Part shown: positions 1 through 13,253 of the stretch, one piece after another
How the letters are laid out: every line of letters starts with the position of its first letter
Numbering within the stretch: position 1 is the stretch's first letter
Source: Paraspadella gotoi
Taxonomy: Eukaryota; Animalia; Chaetognatha
Direction of reading: 5' to 3'
NCBI GenBank assembly: GCA_051294375.1
Contig: CM119271.1
Span: 11,508,227-11,572,226, forward strand
Length of the DNA stretch: 64,000 nucleotides
Position numbers and translations under genes: made by a program
Notes under the pieces: model-generated
Told to the model about the DNA's origin: nothing
The model's input: only the letters and a program-made list of their open reading frames with translations
The model's database searches: none

Positions 1-2
1 GA

Positions 3-380
3 TTAGCTTCAATAGACGACGCTAATGAGGACGAAGGCGACGACGACATCAATGAAGAGCTCATCAACACTCTCCATCATACAAAAACTCCACCGGAAGT
101 CGAAGCGCCAACGTCTAATCGCAGCGCTGAGCCAGCTAGACACAGCAATCAAAATAAAAATTCTCCAACGACTCCAGCGCCATCTCTTCCGTTTGGCGCG
201 CCCCCTCCGTCACCAGCGAACGAGTCAACGCCACCACCGGTGCCATCGGAGAGCGTCAGGCCACGCCCACCGCTGGAACGATTCTCAAGACCGGCGCCCA
301 ACGACTTCTCATTCAAAACAATTAATAACGCTGGCCGCCCAAATTATAATTCAGTTCTTCGTCATCTACTCATGAAAACT
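3..380 (+). CDS. Possible 5'-truncated exon of an unidentified gene (acidic then Pro/Ser/Thr-rich)
   Basis: Frame 3 is open for 126 codons (LASIDDANEDEGDDDINEELINTL...PPPSPANESTPPPVP...NSVLRHLLMKT) and ends exactly at a GTGAGT donor, followed by AT-rich sequence. No homology recognised. Confidence 0.35.
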
Positions 381-690
381 GTGAGTTAAAAACTGTATAG
401 ATATTCGAAATTATTTTATTATTATTACTACTTAATTAATTACTTTAATTAACACATACCTGTTTACAATCCGAATTCAACTAACCTTTGGTCCTTTGAG
501 CCCAATCGTTCTCTGTAAATTTTATAATTCACGTCAGGGGGGGATGTAGAATTGAACTCGATATTATTTTGCCACAAGTGATCTATGCCAATCGATGGCC
601 ATATTAGATCGATATGAAACACATTTTAGAACTTATATTTATATTCGAATGGATTTATAATATTTTATATAATAATAAAAAAGAGGTAAC

Positions 691-756
691 GAGCTGGCTT
701 CGAACTCAGGACCTTCGATCCATAAGCAACGACCCAGCCAGCGTCGCCACTCAGTC
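691..756 (-). mobile_element. tRNA-derived SINE-like head
   Basis: Revcomp agtggcgacgctgg...gagttcgaagccagctc gives A-box and B-box-like motifs at tRNA spacing, without a good cloverleaf. Confidence 0.45.
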
Positions 757-1406
757 TTATACAAGTAGAATGATTAAACTATCTTATATAACTTAATCGC
801 TATGTTAATCGATTGCTCTTTTATCGATTTAAAACAAATGAACATTTATATGTTATCATATAAATAGTTATTTTTACTTTGTTATTCCACAAGGTCTGGA
901 AACATTTCTCTTTCAGTCTAAACAAATTATTCAACTCGAATCAACTCGTTAATAATTATTAATACTTCAATCGTTAATTCATTGTTACTTAATTAATTGC
1001 TTTTACATTGTTATTGCTCATATAGATATTGCAATTACTAATTAGTAAATGGAATATCTATATGCTTTGATTATTTTATTAAGGTCAAGCTTTTAATAAG
1101 GAACCAAACAAATTGGTTTAGACACTTTTTATCTGACGTCAATTAAACTCATTTATGCCACGTGCGCCAACGTCAGCGCCACTTCCGGTTTGAGCTACGA
1201 AGCCAATAACTCTATCGAATTCTTCCTTCGAGCCTCCCGAGTCACGCCAACGCTCCGCCAACTTCCTACGACGTCAACGGGGCGTCAGCGTCAACTAAAC
1301 TCGAAGGCCACGCCCACTTTCAGTCAATCGTTATATCTCAACGGTATCAACCTCAGCGCCAAGTGACGTCTTCGCGCCATCAAAGTGAGTTACTGACGCC
1401 ATCTAC

Positions 1407-1448
1407 AACCCTAACCCTAACCCTAACCCTAACCCTAACCCTAACCCT
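1407..1448. repeat. Interstitial telomeric repeat (AACCCT)7 = (TTAGGG)n
   Basis: Seven perfect hexamers. Confidence 0.9.
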
Positions 1449-1794
1449 GCTTGGACAATGGACAGTGTAGCAAAGAAAAAAAGAAAAAAGAAAGAGAGAG
1501 GAGGAGAAGAGGAGGAGGAGGAGGAGAAAAGAAAGAGTAGGAAGAGGATGAGGATGAGAAGGAAGAGGAGAAAGAGGAGGAGGAGGAGAAGGAAGAGGAG
1601 GAAGAAGACGAAGAAATTGGAATTACTTCAGAAAAAAGCAGAACTTATGTGAGAGATTCACCAATAAATCTCAGGAGATTTTTCACAATCTCACTCTCTC
1701 TCTGATTCTGTCTCTGTCTAACTCTCTGTCTCCGTCTCTCTAACTGAACCTGACATTCGTCTTTCAGCCTAAATTCTCGATGACGATTGAGTGA

Positions 1795-1828
<34 letters not shown>

Positions 1829-2030
1829 AGACTTAACTTCATCTCTGGATCCTTGGTCTCGAATCCAAACAGAAAAATCAAATAATAAGGAAAAGTGATT
1901 CTCACTCACGCCTCCCGCCCCCCCCCTTCGCCGGCCAAGTCCTTTCACTTTTTCCTCACAGTCACCTCCTCCCTCTTCTGCTCAGCCTCTTTCACAGTCT
2001 AAGCCCTGCTCTTCCTTGCCATGTCATGTC

Positions 2031-2356
2031 TGGAAGATGGGTATCTAGCTAAAGGTAGGTACTAACTAGTCTCTCATCAGGTAAAAGAGGTAAGTAAGGA
2101 TATGGAGTCTAATAAGTATACAGTATAGTAAAGACGGTTATGTACAAAATAAGAGGAGAGGGAGGAGGTTTCTTGTGCCCCGACTTGTGAGTTGAGCGCG
2201 ACTCTGCCATCTCCCGGAGAGCTGAGCTGAGAGTGAATCCCTTGGTCCCGGCCGAGGTTGCCGGAGGGATGAGGAGGAGGGGACGACGAGGGGATATGGA
2301 GGAAGGATGATGGAGAGGGGAAAGAGCTGTGGCGGTAAACGCCCCTCTATCTACCA
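2031..2356. mobile_element. Putative solo LTR (326 bp)
   Basis: Begins TG, ends CA. Imperfect terminal inverted repeat TGGAAGATGG / TGGTAGATAG (revcomp). Flanked by TGTC at 2027-2030 and 2357-2360, and more GC-rich than the downstream flank. Confidence 0.5.
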
Positions 2357-3020
2357 TGTCATGTCAAGTCATGTTACTCTTCACCCGGATTTCTTTGAAA
2401 GTCTTCAAGTTATCAATTCTAGGATTTCAAATTTAACCATAATTATGGTAGAAAAGACGGGAAAAGTTTATTTTTTAGTAAATTGAGAATTAATTTATCT
2501 TTTTACCGAAAAAATGTAAGAGGTAAAACTTCACTCATACTTATCAGTTGTTATAAACAATTTAAAGTAAATTGATATGAATAAAATTATTTCCTATTCT
2601 CTTTTATAATTTTCCTTCTATTTTTTCTTTTTTCTCTCAGTTTCCTTTTATTCATTTTTCTCTTTCTCATCTTTAAAGCTTCAAAGCAAAACAAATAAAA
2701 TTCACTAATTCATAAATATTCATTGTCTCGTTCATTGAGATGCAATACTATGACAATGTTCCCCTTTTATTGCAGAATTCCTACCATTGATGTCGTTGTC
2801 GACTTCGCAATTGTTTCTTGTTTCCATGACAACAATCCTTATTCTTTTCAAATAAAAACAAAAAATGAAAAAACTATAAGTAAGAGCATCGAACGCACGA
2901 CCTGACACATCTAAAGTGAATATTGAACCATCGGCGCTACGAAATGGAATGAATGAAGCCAACGTCAAAGAGACACAAGGCAATACTCTCTTTGATTCAG
3001 ATAAATGAAGAGGCGACGCG

Positions 3021-3057
<37 letters not shown>

Positions 3058-3201
3058 NNNNNNNNNNNNNNNNNNNNNNNNNNNNNNNNNNNNNNNNNNN
3101 NNNNNNNNNNNNNNNNNNNNNNNNNNNNNNNNNNNNNNNNNNNNNNNNNNNNNNNNNNNNNNNNNNNNNNNNNNNNNNNNNNNNNNNNNNNNNNNNNNNN
3201 N

Positions 3202-3235
<34 letters not shown>

Positions 3236-4868
3236 GCTCTTCCCAGGGCAACAAGGAACGAGGAATGAATGGCGAGCCTGGTAAGTACGCCTGATGGGAC
3301 GCCTGTTAAATTCATTAGTGAGTTCGCATGATATGGCTGCCTGACCAGGTGAGTGGTGAAGCAGCATATTCTCTCGCCCTTACCTTCATTATCCTTCAGC
3401 CAATGACAATGGGTAAGAAGGGGGCACTCACAAACCCAGATATTCGTTCCATCTATATTTCATACTCCGCAATCCAAACGACTTCCCTTTGATTTGGCGC
3501 AAGCGAGACAGACCTCGGTTAACAAGGGGCAGAGGCAGGCAACGTCACTAAGGGTTGAAGGCCCTAAACGCCAACGTCACTAAGGGCAACGTCATTAAGG
3601 GTTGGATGCACTGAACGCCAACTGGATTGATCCGCCAACCAGTTGGGCATCACTGGCAACCCGGATGTTGCTAGAGTGGGATGTAATCGCTTCATTGCGT
3701 AAATGAATGAGTTGATACTTGAAATCAAAAACTGTTTTAGTGGAGTCAGGAATATGCAACTCACTACGGTCGGGAGTCGATAAAAGTTGTTGACTCATTA
3801 CGGTCTGAAATGGGTTAGAGAAGACAACTGTTCCAAATTCAGAGAGGACCAGTGTGCCAAAATAAGAGACACGGCAATGACGCAAATTTGGCGAAAGAAA
3901 AAAAAGAATAAATCTTGATGATCCACAGCAAAATTGTTGGCGGCTTAGAGAGAGAGGCAGAGAGAGAGGGATAGAGAGAGGGAGAGAGAGAAAGAAAGAG
4001 AGAGAGAGAGAGAGAGTGTGTGTGTCGAATTTTTAACAAACGTCAAACGTAAATCGTCAAAGACTCAACTGGTTTTTTTTTTCGAGCGAAATATTTTGAG
4101 AAAATCAAGATTTGATGACGCGATTCGTAGGGACATAATTGAAAGTTAAAAGTGGAAAGAGAAAGTGGAAAGAGAAAGTGAAAAGAAGAAACTAATGTTC
4201 AATAGAAAAAATCTATGAAGGGACGTATTCCGGGTCTAAACAAGATTTTAAAACTTGAGTTTTTTTATTTTTATTGACAAAACAGTTTTATTCTTTTCAA
4301 TTTTTTATTTATTTTAAGCCTTAAATTAATATTGAAAATCGATATTGAATTTTTTTTCTTTTGTTTTTTATCGAAAAAGTTACAAAGTTTTTTTGGGGGG
4401 AAATTTTTTTCGAATTTTAATAATAATTTAAATGAAATTTTTTGTCCATAAATTTTAGTTGGTTAAATCCTAAATTTTAAATAATTTCATCTAAAATTTG
4501 TTTAAACTAGCTAACNNNNNNNNNNNNNNNNNNNNNNNNNNNNNNNNNNNNNNNNNNNNNNNNNNNNNNNNNNNNNNNNNNNNNNNNNNNNNNNNNNNNN
4601 NNNNNNNNNNNNNNNNNNNNNNNNNNNNNNNNNNNNNNNNNNNNNNNNNNNNNNNNNNNNNNNNNNNNNNNNNNNNNNNNNNNNNNNNNNNNNNNNNNNN
4701 NNNNNNNNNNNNNNNNNNNNNNNNNNNNNNNNNNNNNNNNNNNNNNNNNNNNNNNNNNNNNNNNNNNNNNNNNNNNNNNNNNNNNCCTTATCTTATCATT
4801 TGTAAGTATTAACAGTTTTCTTGAGCTTTCATTTATATGGTACTGAACAACTGAACAATTCAAATTTT

Positions 4869-4934
<66 letters not shown>

Positions 4935-5830
4935 TATCGCGATTTTTTTCCATAAAAAACGATTTTATCTCAGCCTTAAGTTTTTCTTCGGTTTTCGAAA
5001 AATCCATCTAATATTTTTAGCGAAGCCTTTCGCCGGGCGGCCGCTGCTGCTGCGGCGGCGGCGGCTGCGGCGACGGCGGCATAATTCGGCCTTCTAACCA
5101 AAAATTGCTTTTTGCTCAATAATCCTTTTTTGTGCTTCCGTTCGCGAATTTGTGCCGAGAATGTGTTGCGTTTGTTGCACATTCCTGTGCTACGTGCGTT
5201 CGTGCTGAGTTTTCCTTCGCTACGTGCATCTCTCCTGCGCTACGTGAATCTCTCTCGCGATGCACAGATTTGTGCTACGCGTAAACGATCGGCGAAAAAA
5301 GTTTTTTTAAACGAATGATTTTCGTCACAAAAAATAAAAAGACAAAAAGACAAAAGTTTTTTTATAAAGACTTTAAGTTGAAATAACAATATTTTTCTCT
5401 TATTTTGAATCAAAATATCACATTTAAATTGTTCAATGCTTTATAAAATTAGTACCCAATACTTGTTTTGTTGTTGTAAAATAGTTAAAAATGAAAGCAA
5501 AATAAGTTAGCAAATTAGTTTTGGTTAAAATTCCCAAAATAATTACAAAATTTGTGATAATAAAAAAAAGTTAATAGAGAAATAGTGAATAAGCCAAAAA
5601 AAATTCTTTCTAATGAAATTCATTTTTGAACACAAATTGATTTTATTTCCCGTAAAAATTTCTATTTTTTTTTNNNNNNNNNNNNNNNNNNNNNNNNNAC
5701 TTTCTTCTACGTTTTTATCTTCTCCTCCTCCTCCTTCTCTTCCTCATCTCCCTTTTCCTCCTACTCGCTGCCTCCTCCTCATTTTCCACCTCATGTCCAT
5801 TATTCTCTTTCCAGTTCGATGAACACATCC

Positions 5831-6395
5831 ACTCGACCCTTTTGTCCATCGCAAGCTTCGCACCCACCTCAGCCAGTCATCACTCCAGCCCTCAGCAAAC
5901 TCAGTTCGCAGCCTTACCACCAAAGCCCTACCAGCCTTACCGCCAGACTACACAATCCTAACACTCCATCAACCCTTTCTCTCTCATCCTAACTAAATCT
6001 TGTTCCTAAAGACGAACCCTTTTTTTTCTCTCCTTGTTTCAATCTGTATGAAGGACGTCTCTCTCTCCTCTCTTTCTCTCTCTCTCTCATCTCTCTCTCC
6101 ATCTTTCTCTCTCTCTCTCATCTCTCTTTCTCTTCCTTTCTTGTGTTCCCAACAAGTTGTACAGAATTTCAAGGCTGCTTCTTTCACCATCACTCGACCC
6201 TTTTGTCCATCGCAGCTTCGCCCAACCTCAGCCCAGTCTCACTCCAGCCTCAGCCAAACCTCAGTCCAGCCTTACCCCAGCCCTACCCCATCCTAACAAC
6301 TCCATCACCCTTTCTCTCTCATCCTAACTAAATCTTGTCTCCCTAAAGACGAACCCTTTTTTTCTCTCCTTGTTTTCAATCTGTGATGAAGGACG

Positions 6396-6454
<59 letters not shown>

Positions 6455-6513
6455 TTCTCTTTCCTTTCTTGTGTTCCCATACAAGTTTAAGAATTCAAGG
6501 CTGCTTCTTTCAC
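5831..6513 (+). repeat. ~360-bp tandem direct duplication
   Basis: actcgacccttttgtccatcgca...ttcaaggctgcttctttcacc appears twice (starting ~5831 and ~6193). Copies differ by indels and lie near the 25-N gap at 5674-5698. Confidence 0.8.
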
Positions 6514-6815
6514 CCTCACGGCGCCGAGAATGGATTTTTTATTCTTTTTATTTTTTTCAATCTTTCAATCAACTCACTCACTCACTCTCTCACTCTCACT
6601 CTCTCACTTTCTCACTCCCACTCTCTCACTCTCTTACTCTCACTTTCTCACTCTCACTCTCTCACACCCACTCTCTCATTCTCTCACTCTCTCACTCTCT
6701 TTCTTTTTANNNNNNNNNNNNNNNNNNNNNNNNNNNNNNNNNNNNNNNNNNNNNNNNNNNNNNNNNNNNNNNNNNNNNNNNNNNNNNNNNNNNNNNNNNN
6801 NNNNNNNNNNNNNNN

Positions 6816-6905
6816 TACTCGAGGAGCAACTCTATAATTCTCTTTACGGTCGGTCAGTCGGTATGTCCGTCTGTCGGTCTGTCTCACTTACGTTAAAAAC
6901 GCTTA
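6816..6905 (+). mobile_element. Possible end of a DINE/HINE-like (GTCY-microsatellite) interspersed element
   Basis: cggtcggtc...gtccgtctgtcggtctgtctcacttacgttaaaaa; a near-identical motif cggtcggtctgtcccacttacattaaaaa occurs at ~57909-57940. Confidence 0.4.
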
Positions 6906-7193
6906 TAATTTGCCTATACTATAGGCTATAGTTGGTTTNNNNNNNNNNNNNNNNNNNNNNNNNNNNNNNNNNNNNNNNNNNNNNNNNNNNNNNNNNNNNN
7001 NNNNNNNNNNNNNNNNNNNNNNNNNNNNNNNNNNNNNNNNNNNNNNNNNNNNNNNNNNNNNNNNNNNNNNNNNNNNNNNNNNNNNTTATTATTATTATTA
7101 TTTTTATTAAAAATTACTTGTTCAAAACATCATTATTCTCTTTTCTCTCAATTACTCTTTTAATGTCTCTCTCTTCCCTTTACTGCATTTGTA

Positions 7194-7227
<34 letters not shown>

Positions 7228-7473
7228 TACATAGACCAATAACAAACCCCGATTGTCAAATTAAGATTCACCAGACTTGGTCCCGCGGGCTCAGCTTACC
7301 TATGAGCCCCGCAGCGCCGCAGCACCGCTTCCCCTCAGCACCGAAGCACCGCAGCACCGCAGAGCCAACGCCCATCCCTGCCACGCCCTCTGGTCATCGC
7401 TTCTCGCGTCGTTTCTTCCGAGTCACATCTTCTGTTCTCTTGGTGCCTTTTATGACTTACCTATTCTATGGAG

Positions 7474-7504
<31 letters not shown>

Positions 7505-7505
7505 C

Positions 7506-7760
7506 GGTGGTTATCGCGCGAGAGTGGGCTATACTTATCTTCTTTAGCAGTCATAAAATGTTTCCAGGTTTTGGAACTACATATGCTTGGTGCTTGCTGA
7601 TTATTACGGCTGTCAACACCTTGTTGGGATCTTTTTTCATATTGGAATTGAACCTCAAATTTAGTGGTCACTTGCTGATGGCTTCACGCAAAGAGCCACA
7701 GGGTCACGAGAGGGAGAGGGTACTTAGTTGGGGCTAACATGAGCAATAGTCAATGAGAAA
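7506..7760 (-). mobile_element. Degenerate solo LTR of the same tRNA-containing TRIM family
   Basis: Reverse complement reads gtgaccctgtggctctttg...aagccatcagc...gaccacta...ggttcaattccaa ... gttccaa..cc.gga...atg.ctgcta ... agcccac...gcgc...accac, collinear with LTR 27301-27586. Confidence 0.6.
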
Positions 7761-8005
7761 GACTCTTTGCGGTTCCTATGAGCAGCTAAAGTTAAAATAT
7801 CCGCAGAAAAATTCTTTATGTCGCGACAGGCGAAGATACTTAATTTGAATGAATAAAACTTATTTATTACTGAATCTATTCGAGTCTGAATAGAAAAAGA
7901 TGAATATAAAAGGAGGGAAGTCTCTGACGGATTTAAGAAAATGAATTCAATGAATAAAAGAAAAGAAGAAAAATGAATGAATGAATAAAGAGAATAAACT
8001 CAGAC

Positions 8006-8068
<63 letters not shown>

Positions 8069-8192
8069 AAGAGAAAGGGGGGGAATACTCAGACAATAAA
8101 AGAGGAATTTTTTAAAAGAATCGGAATTGGACGATTAAGAGTCTCATTCGAGACCAGTCCACTCTGTGTCTGTCTCTCTGTCTCTCTCTCTA

Positions 8193-8223
<31 letters not shown>

Positions 8224-8378
8224 CTCACTCCTCTGGCCGATGACTGAATAATGAGGACCTCAAAAAGAGAGAAGACCGATTGTTTGGCGGGCAGACCGAC
8301 ATAGTTTGACCGACAGAGTTTGACCGACAGAGTTTGACCGACGTGGAATAAAAGTATTTGTCTTTCACATTGGAATCA

Positions 8379-8410
<32 letters not shown>

Positions 8411-9990
8411 ACTGATGATGATGGTGATGATGAGAAAAAAAAAAAGAAAAGAAAAGAGACTTATTTTTAAGGACTTCATCGGTCGAAGTTTGAATTAAGA
8501 ATTTTCAAAATTCAAACTGGTATGGTCTGTCTATCGACAACTATTGTGACCCGTTTTCTGTCTATCTGTCTGTCTGTCTGTCAACAACTGTTGTGACCCG
8601 GTTCCTAATTAAGTGAAGCCATGATCACTAGGTACAGGGAAACCTTCAAAGCCTGGTTCTAAGCACAGAGGCCGATCTATTGAAGTCAATAGTTGGCATA
8701 GAAGATGCAATTATTATTCGTTACCCAACTTAGCACTTAATATACACAAGTTATAAATAATATTTAATCATTTCTACCCAAATCTCAAATTAAATAACAT
8801 AAAATTTTATTTTTTGTAATCCTTTCTTTTAATATTTCAACTCAATATAACAATAAACAATATTTACAATAAAAAACCTTTTAAAATGAACGTAGCAAAG
8901 GCGAATAAAACTAAATTAAATCTTGATTTATATCTTTATTATTAAATAACAGAATATTCATGCTGTCCTTGATAGCAAAGCATAACGATTGGATGGGGGG
9001 CAATATCATGAATACAAATTTGAAATGAGATGGCGTGACAATTTTAACAAATGAACAAATGAATTCAAAGCAAAAAAAAGAGAAAATATTTATTTTTCAG
9101 CCATTAAAAGTTCATTTTTGCAATATCTAAAAAATGGTGGGTAAAAATTAATCGTGACTTGGGCAGACAATCAATTAGTGAGCGTAAAAAAACGTAATCT
9201 ATAAAACAAAAATAAAATATTCAGCAAAGACATTATTTATTTTGTTAATTTTTTGTGGGTTAAGCTAAAAGTCACGATCGTTATTATTAAAGTGCGATTT
9301 TTAACACCAAAGACATTACCTTTTGTTTCAATCAATCAATCAATACCTTTTGTTTCAATCAATCAATCAATACCCTTTGTTTCAATCAATCAATACTTTT
9401 TGTTGCAATCAATTAATCAATCAATACCTTTTGTTTCTTTCATTTTGTTTTCGTTTATAACATAAATAATAATCATCGCATGCGTCAAGAAACAAACAAC
9501 TTTTAATCTGAGGTCGGAGGTCAAAGGTCGGAGGTTGCAGGTCAAAAGTCGGTGGTTAAAGGTCAAAGCTCTAAGGTCTAAGGTTAGAAGTTAAAAATTA
9601 TTCGTAGGTCAGAGGTCACAAGTCAGACGTTCACATAAAATGTCAACAGTGTAAAATTGAAGGTCAAAGTTTAGAGGTCGATGGTTAGTAATGATGATCA
9701 GTGATAAAATGTAAGAGGTCGCAGGTCAAATATCAAAGGTAAGATTAAGAAGTCAGACATCAAAAGTCGGAAATACATAATATTTTTTTCAAGTCAATTT
9801 TCAAGTTCAATTAGCTTTTTATTTCTACACAGAGGGGAGTAAATCTTCTGGATGATTTTCTTCTCAGCCGCTAGAGTTGAAAGTGGCGCCGTAATCGATA
9901 ACGTCTTTTGTTTGCTCATTCATTTGACGGTAAATCGGTCGATCAGTCAGTCAATCCACCTGTCTGTCTATCAGTGAATCAATGCACTTG

Positions 9991-10137
9991 TCAGTCTATA
10001 AGTAGAATGAGCGGACTTAAGCTCAGGACGCATAAATAAACCATGAAACAGAATCGGTCAATGAGTTGAGCCATGAGTCTCCATTCTTGTCTCAGATTTT
10101 CTTCTTCTCGCTGTCGTTCGCATCTTTGCTCTTCGTC
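9991..10137 (-). CDS. nAChR terminal exon j (M4): [48 protein letters not shown]
   Basis: cag acceptor, phase 0. EWxxxAxxIDR motif, hydrophobic M4 and TGA stop. Confidence 0.93.
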   Translation of the reverse strand, partial: DEEQRCERQREEENLRQEWRLMAQLIDRFCFMVYLCVLSLSPLILLID

Positions 10138-13100
10138 CTGTTGGGGAAAATAAAGAGAATTAGTTGAGATAAAAATTGGGAACTCTAATAGAGAACTTAT
10201 CTTTACATTTGTAATTAAAAAACAATTATATAAATAAAACAATACTTAAAAATAATAGGGGAAGCAAAACCATTTCTTTTTTACTTAATAAAATTAAAGA
10301 TCTTTACATAATAACCTACATATTAATGAAGCGAAATGGTCGCCTATTTTAGGGACCCTCACGAACTTAAACAAAAATTAACATTTTTAATATTTATTAA
10401 GTTATTATTTAAAAAGACTATCGAAACCTTTTCTTGAAAAGTGCGATTTTTTCTCATTATTTTTTTTCCGTCTTCTTCGTCATCGTCTTCTTCGTCATCG
10501 TCGTCGTCATCGTCGTCGTCTTCTTCGTCATCGTCGTCTTTTTCGTCATCATCGTCGTCTTCTTAGTCATCGTCGTCGTCATAGTCGTCTTCTTCGTCAT
10601 CGTCTTCGTCGTCTTTTTCGTCATCATCGTCGTCGTCATCATCTCTCATCTAAAGCTGGCGCCGTTTCCCGCGATGATTCCACGCACGGACGCTTTCTCT
10701 CCGTCGGAGGTCTTAGGGTCCACTACGCCCTTTGCCATCCCGCACTTTGCCATCCCGNNNNNNNNNNNNNNNNNNNNNNNNNCCTTTGCATCCCGCCCTT
10801 TGCCATCCCGTTTTTTGTCATCTCGCCCTTTGCCATCCCGCCCTTTGCCATCCTCGCTCTTTTCCATCCCGCCCTCTACTGACACTGTCATTCACGCCCT
10901 CTTTGCGGACCCGCCATTTGCCATCCGCCTTTGCCATCCCCCCTTTGTCATCCCGCCCCTTGTTATCTCGCCCTTTGCCATCCTCGCCTTTGCCATCCCG
11001 CTCTTTGCCATCCCGCCCTCTACTGACACTGTCTCACGCCCTCTTGCGGACCCGGCCATTTTGCCATCCCCCTCTTCATTCTCGCCTTTGACATGGACTT
11101 CTTCCCTTGACCTCCTGCCTCCTCCTATTTTCCTCCCTTCCTCCTTCCTTTCTCCCTCTCCTCCTCCTCTTCCTTCCTCTCTTCTTCTTCCTCCTCATCC
11201 TTCCATCTTCCTCTCTTCCTCTCTCTCTTCCCCTCTTTCTCCTCCTCTTCCATTCTCTCTTCCCATCCTCATATTCTTCTCCTTCCTCCTCCTCTTACTC
11301 CTTGCCCCTTCCTCTCTTCCTTCTCTTTCTCCTCCTACACTTCTTTCCTCTTCTCTCCCCTTCTTCTCCTCCTCCTCCTTCCTCTCTTCCTCCTCCTCTT
11401 TTCGTCCATCTTCCTCCTCCTCCTTCCTCTCTAAAAACCTGATATTCATTATTTTTACTCGAAATGATTCCTTGCTATTTTTATCTCAGTCACGTTGTTA
11501 AGTGTTTTTTAACCTTTAAAAAGTTATAAGGAATAAATTAAACTTATCCTATTATTTTTTAAAATACTTTTTACACATGCAGGTTTGCCATCATTTTTTT
11601 CTTAAATAAAAAAATATTATCTTAATGATTAGTGATGTATTATTCTGCATTTCGTTTTATTTATCTTAGTTCAACACCTATTTAAATAAAAATAATATTT
11701 AAGAAATAGTGATTTTTTTAATTTTAATATTTTAATTTTAATAATGACTTTTTCACCGATAATCCTTTTTTAAAAGTTTCTTTCAGCAAAACAAAAGGAA
11801 TTATCTCTTTATTCAATCGTCGTAATTTTTTTTTTTAAATATTTCACGAACATTGTTAAATATATCATTTTTAAAATTGTTATCAATTATCAATTTTTTC
11901 CGCTCTAAAAGATAGTTTGGATTTCGTCGCTCTTTGAAAAAAATGTTCAAAAAATTATATGAATGTATGGCACTAAGGCGGGCAAAATTGAAACTCAGAC
12001 TTTTTATAACTTTTATTCTTCAAAAAAATGCCTTTTTTCCTTCTATTAACTAAATCGATTTTCATGCAACTTTTTGAATTTAGTTGCTATTGGGTTGTTT
12101 GCACTGAAGCTTTTAAATATTTAAATATATATAACAATGACAAAAATTTTTTTTAAAAAAGTTAGTTTTTAAGAACGGATTGCCTATAGAGTTGAAAGTT
12201 AAATGAAGTTAGTACTACAATTTTTTTAAAATTTTGACAAGAAATTGGTTAAAAAAACAGAACAAAACGTTAAAAAATCATCATCATCATTATCATATGG
12301 CTGAATTTTCCTAGTTTTTTTTAGAAATTTTTAATCAATAAAACAAAAAATTTTAAATTTGTATTTAAGTAACCTTATATTAACTTTTAAGCTTTATCAA
12401 ATCCTTAAAAAAATTGAAAATTCAGAAAATTTTTTTAACTATATATAGTAACTAAAATAATCTTTAAATGCTTCCGTGCGCTTATTAATAAGATAATTAT
12501 TTTTAAAATTAATTTTTATTTTCATATTCTTTAACTATCGTCTTTATATTATTTATTGAGAGAACTTCTAGTTTTCAACCTGTTTCGCGGCCTATGGCAC
12601 TCTTTTACACAATTACTCGATTTTTGTTTCAAAACTGTTTTGATATATGGAAAGGTCTAGTATAGTAATCGCGCAGTTTAATGTAAATAATTCAAAAATC
12701 ATTTATTTAGAAATTCTGTCGGGAGGATTCGAAATTTTTAAAGAAAGTTTATAAAAGAAAAATATATATAAACGATTCTTTATATTTGTGATTTCTATTT
12801 TATTTAACTTTAACTTAATATTCTAGTGTTTTCTTAATTATCTATTTCCACTATCATCCAACTTTCCGGTTTAAGCGCAAATGAAAAATAGATAATTCTG
12901 ACACTAAACTTTTGTGTACCTCATAATTATTATTAATATTTATTATGATATTACTTAATATTAATATTAATTATAATTCTCACCTGGAACTTTTTTATGT
13001 ACATTGATGGTCTTCTATTTTTTCGATGCGTCGATCCATAATTGGCCAAGATTGGCGGCTAGTGTGGGAACTGGAGTGGACCAGCCCCACTGGAGCAGGT

Positions 13101-13220
13101 TTGTGGTATTGGCGAGTTGGTTGGCGAATCTATGGAGTAGTTTCGACTTGCTGAGTGGGATGTGAGGAGGAGGATGGAGGAGCAGGAGGAGGGATGGGTG
13201 ATTATTTTTATCTTGCAATT

Positions 13221-13253
<33 letters not shown>

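Noticed and set aside
10434-11501. 355-aa ORF and the many other Leu/Ser/Phe/Arg/Glu-rich ORFs in the track
   Set aside because: These are translations of microsatellites, minisatellites and N gaps.
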